Shown: positions 40,522 to 51,809, counted from the stretch's first letter. The stretch is DNA of 64,000 bases from an uncultured cyanobacterium (GCA_963740315.1 CAVUDP010000001.1:1568001-1632000), one strand, 5' to 3'. Notes: a model not told the origin generated them from the sequence alone. Translations and numbers: made by a program.

Positions 40522-41019
40522 ATGAGTAAACCAGCAGCCAGATTAGGAGATCCAGTAGCTCACATTCTACCTCCAGCATTAGCTGGAAGTCCCGGAAGTC
40601 TTAATGTAATTATTGGTAATTTACCAGCATGGAGAGGAATACCAGCAGCCGCAGCAGCAGCAATTCAGTCAGCAAAAACAGTAAGCGATACAGCAATCAA
40701 AACTGCCGAAGCAGCAACAGTCGCAGCAGCCGCGACTCCCGGCGCACCAGCAGCCTTAGCCGCCGAACAAACAGCTAAAACCGCAGCCCTTAAAGCCATG
40801 AGCAGCTTGATTTCTAGCAGCGCAGGAGGTGCAGATATTCACGTTTGTGCAGTACCCTCACCCGTTCCACCCCACGGCCCAGGTGTAGTAACTACAGGAA
40901 GTACAACAGTATTAATTAATGGGCTTCCAGCCTCTAGATTAGGAGACACAATTTTAGAAGCACTCGGTCCACCGAACGCTATTGTTAGTGGTTGTCCGAC
41001 TGTTTTGATTGGTGGGTAA
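40522..41019 (+). CDS. PAAR spike-tip protein with Ala-rich insertion
   Basis: PAARLGD, VIIGNLPAWR, PPHG.GVV..GS.TVLINGLPASRLGD, GCPTVLIGG. Confidence 0.93.
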   Translation: MSKPAARLGDPVAHILPPALAGSPGSLNVIIGNLPAWRGIPAAAAAAIQSAKTVSDTAIKTAEAATVAAAATPGAPAALAAEQTAKTAALKAMSSLISSSAGGADIHVCAVPSPVPPHGPGVVTTGSTTVLINGLPASRLGDTILEALGPPNAIVSGCPTVLIGG

Positions 41020-41132
41020 GAAGCCCTAAATCACCTTGGAATTGCATTCCCTGGCGGTTTTGAAATTATTGCAAGATGTGAATTCTAACGCACTCTACAT
41101 AAAAGACTAACAGGTTGATAAAACATTTAATT

Positions 41133-42808
41133 AGGGCTTGCTGAATAAATATAAAAATGTGATGCAGCATACATTATCAGCCCCAAGGAATATATTCAGG
41201 TGCAAGGAAAAGGTCTAGAATAACTCAAAACCCTTGCATTACCGTGAGTAACACGCTGCGCGTGTTTAGTATATATGTATCGTTTTGAGGAGCAGTCTCA
41301 GGTATCATCAGAAAACTTTGAACTCCCTTTCGAGGGAAAGTTGTCTGAAAATAATCGTTGGGTAATTATGGCTTCATTAATACCTTGGTCAGATTTTGAA
41401 GAAGAATATGCTTCAATTTTTACCGAAGAAATAGGCGCACCAGCCAAATCTTTTCGTATGGCGTTAGGGGCACTAATAATTAAAGAGAAATTAGGAATAA
41501 GTGATAGAGAGACTGTAGAGCAAATTAAGGAGAACCCTTATCTACAATATTTTATAGGGATATCATCCTATAGCAATGAAACACCGTTTGATGCCTCTAT
41601 GTTAGTTCACTTTCGTCAAAGAATAGGTATAGAGTTAGTCAATAAAATTAATCAAAAAATGGTGAAGGAGATGTTAAATAATTCTTCAACACCAATTAAA
41701 AAAAAAGAATTAAATCAATCAAAAAATAAAGGTAAATTAATATTAGATGCCACTTGTGCGCCAAGCGATATTAGTTATCCCACAGACTTAGGGCTATTAA
41801 ATCAAGCTAGAAAGCATACAGAAAAAATTATTGATTTGCTATATGAGCAAGTTAAAAATAAACTTGATAGAAAGCCAAGAACTTATCGTAATCTTGCACG
41901 AAGAAATTACTTAAAAGTTGCTAAAAAACGTCGTCCACTCCGAAAAGAAAGAAGAAAATCTTTAAAACAACAACTTCAATATATTAAGAGGAATATCTCT
42001 CATATTAAGCAGTTAGTTAATCTGGGAGCAAATCCATCTGAATTGAGCCATAGACAATATAAAATATTGCTAGTGGTAAGTGAAGTTTATCGTCAACAAT
42101 TGTGGTTATACGAAAACAATAAGAAGAGTATTGATTATCGTATTGTTAGTTTAAATCAACCACATATACGTCCAATTGTTCGGGGTAAAGCGGGTAAAAC
42201 AGTAGAGTTTGGGGCAAAATTATCAGCTAGTTGTTTTGATGGATATGTATTTTTAGACCGTATTAGTTGGAATAATTTTAATGAATCAACAGATTTAAAA
42301 ATACAAATAGAATCTTTTAAAAAATACACTGGTTACTACCCTGAATCGGTTCATGTTGATAAGATTTATCGTACACAACAAAATCGAGCTTGGTGCAAAG
42401 AACGAGGTATTAGAATCAGTGGACCGCCTTTGGGAAGACCACCTATTAATATTAGTAAAGAGAATAAGAAACAAGCTGCCTCAGATGAAAGGATTCGTAG
42501 TTGCATTGAAGGTAAATTTGGACAAGGTAAAAGAAGATTTAGTCTCAATTGTGTGATGACTAAACTTTCTCACACTTCTAAAACTGCAATCGCAATTACT
42601 TTTTTGGTAATGAATCTTTCCAGCTATCTATCACGTTTATTGAGAGATTTTTTATGTGTATTTTTCAAAAATCTCTCTTTTTTACGGTTTGACATCAATA
42701 AACATTATGTTTTTCTTAATTTTCGTAAACAAAAACTTATTTTTAGCTCTTCCCTGAATAACTAATAAATCTCCATCTCACTTTTTTATTATTTTTTCAG
42801 CAAGCCCT
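41133..42808 (+). mobile_element. IS5-family insertion sequence
   Basis: Inverted ends AGGGCTTGCTGAATAAAT / ATTTTTTCAGCAAGCCCT; target duplication AATT (or TAATTA if the ends are GGG/CCC). Confidence 0.92.
41275..42765 (+). CDS. IS5-family DDE transposase
   Basis: SDRETVEQI.ENPYLQYF, LILDATCAP.DI.YPTD, RPIVRGKAGK.VEFGAK, DKIYRT, R..IEGKFGQGKR. Confidence 0.95.
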   Translation: MYRFEEQSQVSSENFELPFEGKLSENNRWVIMASLIPWSDFEEEYASIFTEEIGAPAKSFRMALGALIIKEKLGISDRETVEQIKENPYLQYFIGISSYSNETPFDASMLVHFRQRIGIELVNKINQKMVKEMLNNSSTPIKKKELNQSKNKGKLILDATCAPSDISYPTDLGLLNQARKHTEKIIDLLYEQVKNKLDRKPRTYRNLARRNYLKVAKKRRPLRKERRKSLKQQLQYIKRNISHIKQLVNLGANPSELSHRQYKILLVVSEVYRQQLWLYENNKKSIDYRIVSLNQPHIRPIVRGKAGKTVEFGAKLSASCFDGYVFLDRISWNNFNESTDLKIQIESFKKYTGYYPESVHVDKIYRTQQNRAWCKERGIRISGPPLGRPPINISKENKKQAASDERIRSCIEGKFGQGKRRFSLNCVMTKLSHTSKTAIAITFLVMNLSSYLSRLLRDFLCVFFKNLSFLRFDINKHYVFLNFRKQKLIFSSSLNN

Positions 42809-42827
42809 AATTAAGGAGAGATAAAAA

Positions 42828-45415
42828 ATGAGCGAACGAACGCATAAAAAAAGCAATTGGTCATCAACAACACCACAACAAGATTCTGCATTGAAACTGC
42901 GTCGTTTTACCACGAAGGATGACAAAGACGAAGAAATACAACAATCCCCCGATATTAATCTTTCCAAATTTTCTCTTCCTACAAATTCTCCATTTCCTGA
43001 CAGTAATGTTCAACGTCAAGAAATTGAGGGAGAGAAAGAAGAAGGGGAAGAAACTCCAGGAGCGCAATTACAATCGGATAAAACAACTTCTGAAGAACCA
43101 GAAGAAGAAATTCAAGCTAAAAGCGAAGAACCTAACCAAGAAATAGACGAACCTGTCCAAACTAAATTAACCGTCGGACAACCGGGGGATAAATACGAAC
43201 AGGAAGCCGATACAGTTGCAGCCAAAGTAGTAGAACAGATTAACTCACCTCAAACAAATCAACCCGTACAAGGTAAAGTTGAGCCAGTTGTTAAACCAAC
43301 GGTGATGCGTCAAGGTGGTGCTGCTGGAGGAGCAGTTAACCAAGATGTAGAGCAAAATATTCAACAGGCTCGCGGTAGCGGACAGGGGTTAGCAGAAAAC
43401 GTTAGGCAGCCGATGGAGCAAGCATTTGGCGCTGATTTTAGTGGCGTGAAAGTGCATACCGATGGGCAAGCAGATGTATTAAATCGTTCGTTGAATTCGC
43501 GGGCTTTTGCTACTGGGCAGGATATATTTTTTAAGCAGGGGGAGTATCAGCCAGGGAGTAAGCAGGGGCAGGAATTGTTGGCGCATGAGTTGACTCATGT
43601 GGTGCAGCAGGGAGGGTTGCACGTATTCAGTGTGATGAATCTGGGGAAAAAAATCAATTATTAGATGATTTACACGATCCTAAAATATCTCAACAAGCTA
43701 TTTTAAGAATCTTGCATAGCGGTGGAAACAAATCATCTCTTGAACATCCTGAAAATTATAAAAAAAATGTACCCCATCAATTATACTTAGCACTCTGGGA
43801 TCTTTATAAAGCTGTTCACTGGGAACCTACATTTGAAAGATCGGCTCATGAATGGGGGAAAATTGCTGTAGAACGTATAAAAAAATATAATCAAGCATTC
43901 GCAAACACTCCAATCTACGATCCTAACTCGGAGCAATCTATTCGACTAAGAAAACCTACTTCTGATTTTGCTGGTAAAGTTGCTGAGACTTTGAATATGA
44001 TTTTATCACCAGAATCCGCTTTTTCTAAATCAAATAATTCCTCTAAGCGAGAAGAAAGCTCAGAATTTTTTGGAAATGAAATTGATCCTGCTGTCAAACG
44101 TGCAAGAGCTAGATGGGGTAAACTTACTAATATAGAAGTCAATGGAGTAAAGGTCGAAGTTTATGGAGCCACTCCTGAAAAACTAACTGTTATAAAGAAT
44201 AGCCTCTCCGTACTTTATCCTCAGCACATAAGTCAGGTTCCGAGAATAGTTGTTGGAGATAGAGTCGGTCCTATTGGTAGGGGAAAAATTAAGCATGGTG
44301 GTAATTCAGCAGCTCCTAGAGATAACCGAGCATTACACCGACTTGAAATTACCAATTATGCTCTAGGTAAAAAACTCAAAAAAGTTGGTGATATTCAAAT
44401 ATGTTTCACACTTTTACATGAAGTAGGTCATTGGGTTGATTGGGGTTTGCGTATTTATCCGAGTAAGAGTCACGAACAGCAAACATTAGAAGAATGGTTC
44501 CAGACTCTAGATTATTCAGGAGTTACCCAAGGTCGTGGTGAAAGAAGTGCAGAAGCTTATTGGCGTTATTTTACGAGAAACCTTCCCGAAGGAATTCAAA
44601 CTATTCTTGAATCTAGTCCAGCTTGGCAAGTCTTGGAATCCGAGTCAGAAAGAGAAAAGATTAACTCTCCTGCCTCTAAGCAAACCATACAAAAACAAGT
44701 AGAACCTGTTGTGAAACCAGCGCTAATGCATCAAGTACATCCAGAGATTAACATTACGGAAGGTACGACAGATGAACTTAAGCACGAATATCGACGACTT
44801 GTAATTGAGCACAATAAACTTGTACGAGTAATACGACAAATACAACCACTACCAAACGGATTTCCACCAGAAAGTTTTTCAAAATCACAATATCCTTCGG
44901 AATACCATGAGTACTTACGTAAAATAGATAAATATAAACATATTATTGAGAAGTTAGCAATCCGTATCCAAAATAGAGGAAATTCAACTTTAGCAGATTC
45001 CTCAATAAAGCTGCTTTTTGATGGTCAACAGCTTTCAGTTAAAGGAGGCAATAGTAAAAGCTTTCCTGCTGTTTCCGGCAAGCCAGAAAATGGTAAGTTT
45101 GATTTTTCTGTCAAACGTCAAAAAATGGAAAAAATAGGTCCTATCCCAGAAGGAACTTATTGGCTAGATTCTTCAGAACTAAAGTCACTTTGGTACTACA
45201 TTGGAAAAGCCGTAGAATCATGGGGAAGTCATAGAATTACTATCCATCCATTCCATTCGACCCACACTTTTGGAAGAGGAGGTTTTTTTATTCATGGCGG
45301 TACTATACCAGGTAGTGCTGGCTGTATTGATTTAACTAGTCATATGGAAGAATTTGCAAACTTAGTTTCACAATACACAGAGTGTAAGATTATTTTAGAG
45401 GTTAAGTATCCTTAG
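42828..45415 (+). pseudogene. DUF4157 (eCIS core) effector with HEXXH metallopeptidase-like and Tlde1/DUF2778-like domains; one frameshift near 43614
   Basis: FGADFSGVKVHTD...AFATGQDIFF...LLAHELTHVVQQ; the -1 frame continues VARIQCDE... into ORF 43712-45415 with LLHEVGH and GPIPEG.Y...GRGGFFIHGG..PGSAGCIDL. Confidence 0.82.
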
Positions 45416-45464
45416 CCGCAGATTAAGAAAACATTATGATACTTATTTAATTTGAGATTGGCTC

Positions 45465-45503
45465 TGTAATGTTGTGTTTCGCTATTGCTCAACCCAACCT
45501 ACG
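45465..45503. repeat. REP-like hairpin
   Basis: TGTTGTGTTTCGC...GCTCAACCCAACCTAC resembles GTAGGTTGGGTT-type cyanobacterial intergenic repeats on the minus strand. Confidence 0.4.
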
Positions 45504-45630
45504 AACGATCGCAATTTAACCCAACCATAAATTAAGCAAAGCAAAACACAAAACTCAATAAAAACACTGCCCATAAAGATACCGAAAACTAATAAAATCA
45601 ATTTGAGTAATTAATGAAGTACTCAAAGCA

Positions 45631-46101
45631 GTGAACCCAAACAAGGAATTTGACAAAACTAATTCTTCTGAATTTAGTTATCTATTCCGTGCCGATGATA
45701 ATTATAAAATTGGCAATCCTGTAGGATTTGAACTGGACGGTGAAGAAGCAATAGCAGCAGATATTCAAAATCCTTTGGTTCATGTTTTAGATAAAGAATC
45801 AGCACAGACAAGTAGGTATATATCTTTTTCAACCGCTATAGCAATTAAGGGTGGTGGTGGTTCTCAAAGATTTACCAAGAAGAATAAAATTCTCAAAGTT
45901 CCTTGGCAAGCACTTCAGCAATTAGAAACAGACGGTAAAATTAGGATATATACTCCTGAAGATGTTGCTGAGATAATTAGCCAAAATTCAAAGAAAAAAA
46001 TCCGCAAGAAAGCTAATGATGTTAAAGCCGCTATGGAGAAAAATGGAGAGATTTTGATTGAAGGACAAATACCTGGAAACTTTATAGTTTGGGTAAAATA
46101 A
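45631..46101 (+). CDS. Putative ADP-ribosyltransferase toxin domain (R-S-E type)
   Basis: YLFRAD ... HV ... SRYISFST ... GEILIEGQIP ordering matches pertussis/pierisin-like ART motifs. Confidence 0.62.
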   Translation: MNPNKEFDKTNSSEFSYLFRADDNYKIGNPVGFELDGEEAIAADIQNPLVHVLDKESAQTSRYISFSTAIAIKGGGGSQRFTKKNKILKVPWQALQQLETDGKIRIYTPEDVAEIISQNSKKKIRKKANDVKAAMEKNGEILIEGQIPGNFIVWVK

Positions 46102-46137
46102 ATCTGTTTTAAAACTAAAATTACACAATATTTTTTT

Positions 46138-46731
46138 ATGGACAAATTACAAACAGCAATATCAGAATTAAAAAGTAGCAACCCAGAAATTATAGAATTA
46201 GCATTAGATAAAATTGGAACTTTAAAACCCGATAATGCTTTAGAAATTATAGTTCCCTTCCTCCGCGATAGTAATCCAGAAATACGCGAAACAGCAGCTT
46301 GCAATTTAGGAGATATTAACGATAATCGAAGCGTTGCTTATTTAATTGAATTAGTCAGACAAGACCCAGAAGAAAGCGTTCGTAGTGAAGCTTTATCAGC
46401 TTTAGATTCTTATCAAGAACCAGAAATATTAAAGTGTCTCATTGATGAAGTTCGCCGGGAAAAGAAATCAAGAAGACCTAGACAAATAGTTGCCAAACAA
46501 TTAAAAAAATATCATAGCGAGCAATCAGTTGATGCATTAATTATTTTGCTTCTCCAAGACGAAGACGTTTACGTGCGTATTTTTGCTGCGGGTTCACTTT
46601 TGGAACTCAATCGTAATCGGCTTTATCAAGTTTGGGAACAAGCTTTGAACGACGAAAGCACTTATATAAGAGAAATTGCGAATAAAGCTATTACTAATTT
46701 ACAAAATTATGAAAATTTAAAACCCGCATAA
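46138..46731 (+). CDS. HEAT-repeat protein, candidate immunity protein
   Basis: Repeated L.D....VR..AA..LG units; 36 bp downstream of the ART-like gene. Confidence 0.82.
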   Translation: MDKLQTAISELKSSNPEIIELALDKIGTLKPDNALEIIVPFLRDSNPEIRETAACNLGDINDNRSVAYLIELVRQDPEESVRSEALSALDSYQEPEILKCLIDEVRREKKSRRPRQIVAKQLKKYHSEQSVDALIILLLQDEDVYVRIFAAGSLLELNRNRLYQVWEQALNDESTYIREIANKAITNLQNYENLKPA

Positions 46732-46875
46732 ATTAATCACATTAAATTCTCGACTCATTTTTGATTTCAATTGCTTTACTACGGATATTATCTCTTGCCT
46801 ATCAAAATTTACTACAAATTAAAAAATGATTTTGAGTCTTTTTAAACTAAATGGTAACTAGGGGAGTTCAAAACA

Positions 46876-49800
46876 ATGGGTGAAAAAGTAAACCAGAAAA
46901 ATAGTTGGTCATCAAGTACAGCACAACAAGATTCTGTATTTAAACTTCGTCGTTTTACCACAAATGATAAAAATGACGAAGAAATCCAAAAATTGCCCGA
47001 ATCTCTCCACACTGATATTAATCCTTCCAAATTTTCTCTCCCTAAAACTCCCCCATTTCCTAGCGCTACCGTTCAACTTCAAGAACAAAATCAAGAAGAG
47101 AAAGAACCGGAAGAAAAACCGGAAATAAATTTAAAATCGGATGCACCACCAACTGAAGAAGCAGAAGACGAAAGCAATTCTAAAGAACAAGATTCAGTTG
47201 TAAATTTAAAGCTAGATTTACTATCTACTAAAACTTCGGAAGAAGAAAAAGAAAATTTAGAATCAAATTCTATTCAAACTAAATTAACTATTGGTAAACC
47301 AGGGGATAAATACGAACAAGAAGCTGATGCGACAGCAGCCAAAGTTATGGCTATGTCAAATAAAGAAAGTGAAGAAATTCATCGACAATCCCATACAAAT
47401 GTAGCCACGAAACCAAAAGTATTAAAATACTCTTCCTTATCGCTACAAGCTAAAGCTAATAAAATTTCCACTAGTCCCAATTTAGAAAGTCGTCTGGGAA
47501 GCTCGAAGGGTGGAGGTAGCCCTTTACCTGATGATGTACGTGGTTTTATGGAGCCACGGTTTGGTTCTGATTTTGGTGACGTGCGGGTGCATACTGACTT
47601 GGGCGCGGTGCAGATGAATAAGGAGTTGGGAGCGCAAGCCTTTGCTCATGGTAATGATATTTACTATGGCGCGGGGAAGTCTCCCGGTAATAATGAGTTG
47701 ACAGCCCATGAGTTGACCCATACGATTCAGCAGACTGGGGGATTAAAGCTGAATAAGCAAGTTAGACCACAGGAAAAGGAAGAGGAAGATAGAAAACAAC
47801 TGCAAACAAAAAAAATAATTGCTAAAACACCTGAAATTTCTTTATTTAAAGAAACGGCTTCTTCTCCACAATTAGAAGAGGAAGAACAAACACTCCAAGC
47901 TAAAGAATTAGCCTCGGAAACACCAGAGGTTTCCTTAAATAAAGAAACGTCTTCTGCTCCACAACCGGAAGAGGAAGAACAAATACTTCAAGCCAAAGAA
48001 TTAAATGGTCAAATACCAGATATTTCTTTAAATAAAGAAACCACTTCTACCCTACAATCCGATGAGGAGGAGGAAGAACAAACAATCCAAGCCAAACAAA
48101 TAAATGCTCAAACACCTGATATTTCCTTAAATAAGGAATTGCGAATCGCCTTTCTCCCAAGAGCAACCAACATTACTTCAAGCAAAAGAAATTCCTGGCG
48201 AAACCGTTGTAAATAAATTTACGCAAGGAGATACAGCCAAAGAGAACTTGGAATCAAGTCCATCTTCTCAACAAGGTTTTTTGTCTGGAATTAAAGGATT
48301 GGCTGAACGTGGACTTGGTTGGATAAGAAGTAGAGTTCTCGCACCGATGCGACGTTTGGCTGCACGGGGATGGAGTGGAGTTAAAAGTTTTGGGGGTAGA
48401 ATTTCCACAGCATATCAGCAAGCTAATCCCCAGATTTGGGATATTTTCCAGCCAGAGCATCTAATGTTCCGAATGGCGAGGAACCAAAGAACACAACTGT
48501 TTGCTCAAGCTATACAAGCAGAACAAAGCCAAAGAGCTATAGCCACAGATGGTAGTCAGTCCGGTGAAACCGCTCCCGTCAATGAACCAAGCCAGTTGCA
48601 ACGATTAGACGGGATAGCGCAGACAATAGAATCTGGTGCGGAAACATTCTTTAATATTCGTAAAGAATTAATAGAAGGTGCAGTTGTTGGTGATTTCAAA
48701 GAAAATCCCACAATCTGGAATACCATCGGTCAAATTGGCATGGGTTTTGTTCCCTATGCCGGACAAGCTGCTGATGTTAGAGACTTAGTTGCTTCGGTTC
48801 AGAAACTTCACAAGAGCGGATATAAAGATCCTTGGGAATGGTTCAATCTTGTTCTAGTAGGTGTTGGTTTTATTCCTGGTATTGGTGATGCGATTAAAGC
48901 AGGTGGACGAGCTGCAAAAGGTGCTATTCGTCGCAGTCTTACCAAAGTATTGACAAAAGCAGATAACTTCTTGCGACCAGTTTTAGGTAGAGCCAAGGGA
49001 ATGCTCCAAGGTGCTTCTCGTCAAGGTAGACGATTTATGCAGTGGGCTTCTCGTCAGGGAACAAGATTACGCCGAGGGGTGAGACAGTTTGGGCAAAAAG
49101 CCGTCAACTTTTCCAGAACAGCCGGTCAACGAGCGCGAGGACTTGTCAATAGACTAAAAGGTAGAGTTAGGGGACTATTAGGTAACGCCAAGCAAACCGC
49201 TAATAATTCTATTGGTAGAGGACGAGGTTTATTAGGTCAAGCCCCCGGAAAGTTTCTCGGTATGGCTCAAAGTGCCTTTAACCAAGCCAAAAACCGCGTT
49301 TCTCAGGCTATGAAACAAGTTAAAGCTGCGATGCAACGCGGGAAAGGGATAGCCCAAAGGGTTCGGAGCAAAGTTGCTCAAGCTAGACAAAGAGCAACAT
49401 CTTTGATGAGAAACTTTACTCAAAGCGCGATTCAAAAAGGAGGTAGTTTATTACAATCTGGGAGAAGATTGGCCAGTCAATTGAGAAATAAAGCTTCTCA
49501 AGTAGGGCGTAATTTAGTTCAAGGAGCGCGTCAACGAGTTGAAGGTTTGGTTCGTAATGGTGTGAAATTTGCTAAAGAGCGAGCTATTCCTTTTATTAAG
49601 CAGAAGTTGGGAGGGGTTAAGCATCGGGTTAAGGACTTTTTGCAGGATAGGTGGAATCGGCTGAAAGAAAGGTTGGGGATTGGGAAAGCTGGTAAAGAAG
49701 GAGCTGAACGTGGTGCTAAGGAAAGTGATAATGCTGCGAGAAAAGCTGCTGAATTACCGGCTGCAATTGCTAAAGCTAAAGCAATTACTGAATTTAACGA

Positions 49801-50287
49801 TGCAGCTAATACGCCAGTTCCAGGTTTAATTGGAGCGTTAAATGTATCTGTTAAGTCTAAGTATCCTTGGATTAAGAGATTTGAAGCTCGTCCGAAGGGT
49901 AAACTTGGTCACTATTCGATTTACATGATTGCTAGTGAGCATCCAATTGACGATGACTATAGTGATGATTATGATAATCATGTTAATAACATTGTCAGTA
50001 ATCCTAAATCAATTTGGGGTAAATCGGCTGAGGATATAGCAGAAGAGTTTAGAGGTGCTGGATACGACGTTACAATTGAACAGAGTACAAGGGGCTCTAA
50101 ACTATCGACGCAGATCAGAATTAAAGGACACCCAGAAATCACTAATATACAGTTTCATCCAGGCGGTGGAAGACATGTAGGCTCATACTATAAGATTTCC
50201 ACATCTACTCAAGGGAAAATCAAAGTTGTAGATCCGTCTACTTACAAATCAGATCCTAGAGAAAAAGTAACCATTATCGAAATATAA
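46876..50287 (+). pseudogene. Second DUF4157 effector with acidic repeats, hydrophobic pre-toxin segment, basic amphipathic region and C-terminal nuclease-like toxin; one frameshift near 48137
   Basis: FMEPRFGSDFGDVRVHTD...LTAHELTHTIQQ; the +1 frame from about 48138 (CESPFSQEQPTLLQAKEIPG...) continues the LQAKE repeat into ORF 48248-50287. Confidence 0.82.
47797..48200 (+). repeat. Tandem repeats of about 32-34 codons (LQAKEL...TP..SLNKET......EEEEQ)
   Basis: Four to five degenerate copies visible in translation, the last one across the frameshift. Confidence 0.85.
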
Positions 50288-50300
50288 CAGTCGGAGATTT

Positions 50301-51026
50301 ATGAATTCCATTATTAAAAAGATTGATAGGGTATCAACAATTGAGGAGGCAACTAGATTAGAAGATGTGGGAGCAAATTTAATAGGTGTACCACTTTTTA
50401 AAAACCCAAGATTTAATGATGAGAAAATTGTTACCGAAGATATTGCAATTTCAATTAGACAAGCATTAAAAACTGCAAAAGTTGTTGGAGAAGTTATAGT
50501 AGGCAGAAATTTTTCAGAAACACTTAAACTAATTAGAAAAGTAGGTGTTGATTTTGTCCAACCAATAGAACATGAAATTCCTCCAAGGCAATTCAGAGAT
50601 GAATTATTAAAAGATGGTATTGGTATAATATATTCAAATATCGAAGCTACATATGATGATGATCCTTCTTGGATTTTAAGCCGATTCCTCAATGAAGCGG
50701 AACTAAATGCTTCATATTATCAAATTGATTTGTTAGGAAATGTAGAAAATTCTTGGGAATTCTTAAAAGAAGAATGCCCTAGATATCCAGAAGAGTTGCA
50801 AATTAAAGATATAAATGATTTAGCTAAGGACAACTCTTTATTAATAACCTTAAATTATTCAACTGATAATATTTTAGAAATACTTGACTACTTGCCTAAT
50901 ATCAAAGGAATAAGCATGGTATTGGGAAATAAATGCCAAGAGAATGACATTAAATGCTTCGAGTTTACTACAGTGTTAAAAATTTTAAATAAATTGAAAA
51001 ATCAAAAAATGGAAACTATTGCTTAG
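50301..51026 (+). CDS. Degenerate TrpF/PRAI-like TIM-barrel protein, candidate immunity protein
   Basis: N-terminus KKIDRVSTIEEA..LE..GANLIGV....PRF...VGEV...GVDFVQ resembles TrpF; 13 bp after the toxin stop. Confidence 0.55.
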   Translation: MNSIIKKIDRVSTIEEATRLEDVGANLIGVPLFKNPRFNDEKIVTEDIAISIRQALKTAKVVGEVIVGRNFSETLKLIRKVGVDFVQPIEHEIPPRQFRDELLKDGIGIIYSNIEATYDDDPSWILSRFLNEAELNASYYQIDLLGNVENSWEFLKEECPRYPEELQIKDINDLAKDNSLLITLNYSTDNILEILDYLPNIKGISMVLGNKCQENDIKCFEFTTVLKILNKLKNQKMETIA

Positions 51027-51047
51027 ATTTTTACAAGTAATTCATTA

Positions 51048-51125
51048 ATGCGTATTTTAATAATCCCCAGTTCTATCGGACTCTCCCACCTCACCCGTTT
51101 AATCCTTATTGCTCTATAACTACAA
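51048..51125 (+). pseudogene. 5' remnant of a GT-B (family 1-like) glycosyltransferase
   Basis: MRILIIPSSIGLSHLTRLILIAL*LQ matches the GT1 N-terminal strand and G..H..R motif. Confidence 0.7.
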
Positions 51126-51126
51126 C

Positions 51127-51809
51127 TTATCAAGGAGAAGTTGGGAGTGATGAAACATCAGGTTAAGGACTTTTTAGCAGCTAAGTGGAATGGGCTGAAA
51201 GAGAAACTTGGGATTAAGAAATCGAATAAAAAAGGTTCTAGAGGAATTATTTCCGAATATCGAACTACTAGTGGACATACTATTAAAATTACTGGCGATG
51301 GGCGTATTTTTCGGTGTAGTAATTGTGAAGAACTAGAAACCTTTTACAAGAGTGTACTTGATAGTGATGAAGAACTCAGAAGATGGCTAGATAAAATTAA
51401 GCAAGATCCGACAAATCCAGAACTTTCTTCTCAATTAGTTAAACTTGAGGAAAGACTTGAAAATGTAGCTAAAGTTCAAAAGGGCATTTTTCCTAAACAA
51501 ACCTCATATGGGGGTAATAAAAATACTAAATTTAGAAAACATCAAAATGATATCCGAACAACTGCCGAGGAAATAGGAGTGGAAATACCAAAAGGAGTGA
51601 AGATAAAATCGGAAGAGTTCCAAAAACCCGTTGAACAATTTATTGATGACATCGTGAAAACAGGAGAAACTCGTCAGATACCTTATAAAGAGTATACAAA
51701 TGCTCTTTGGAGTCGCAAAGGAAATGCAATTATTATACGTCAAGCTGATGGTACTTTCGTTACTTTTCTAAAGGCTTCTAGTGGAGGTGCAGCATTGCAA
51801 TGGAAATAA
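51127..51809 (+). CDS. Orphan C-terminal toxin cassette (possible BECR/colicin D-like RNase)
   Basis: Begins with a copy of effector-2 sequence 49593-49681; HTIKITGDGRIFRCSNC linker; KFRKH...AIIIRQADGTFVTFLK tip. No DUF4157. Confidence 0.68.

Noticed and set aside
50301..51026. Calling this gene trpF
   Set aside because: Only N-terminal resemblance, catalytic Cys motif absent and no trp context.
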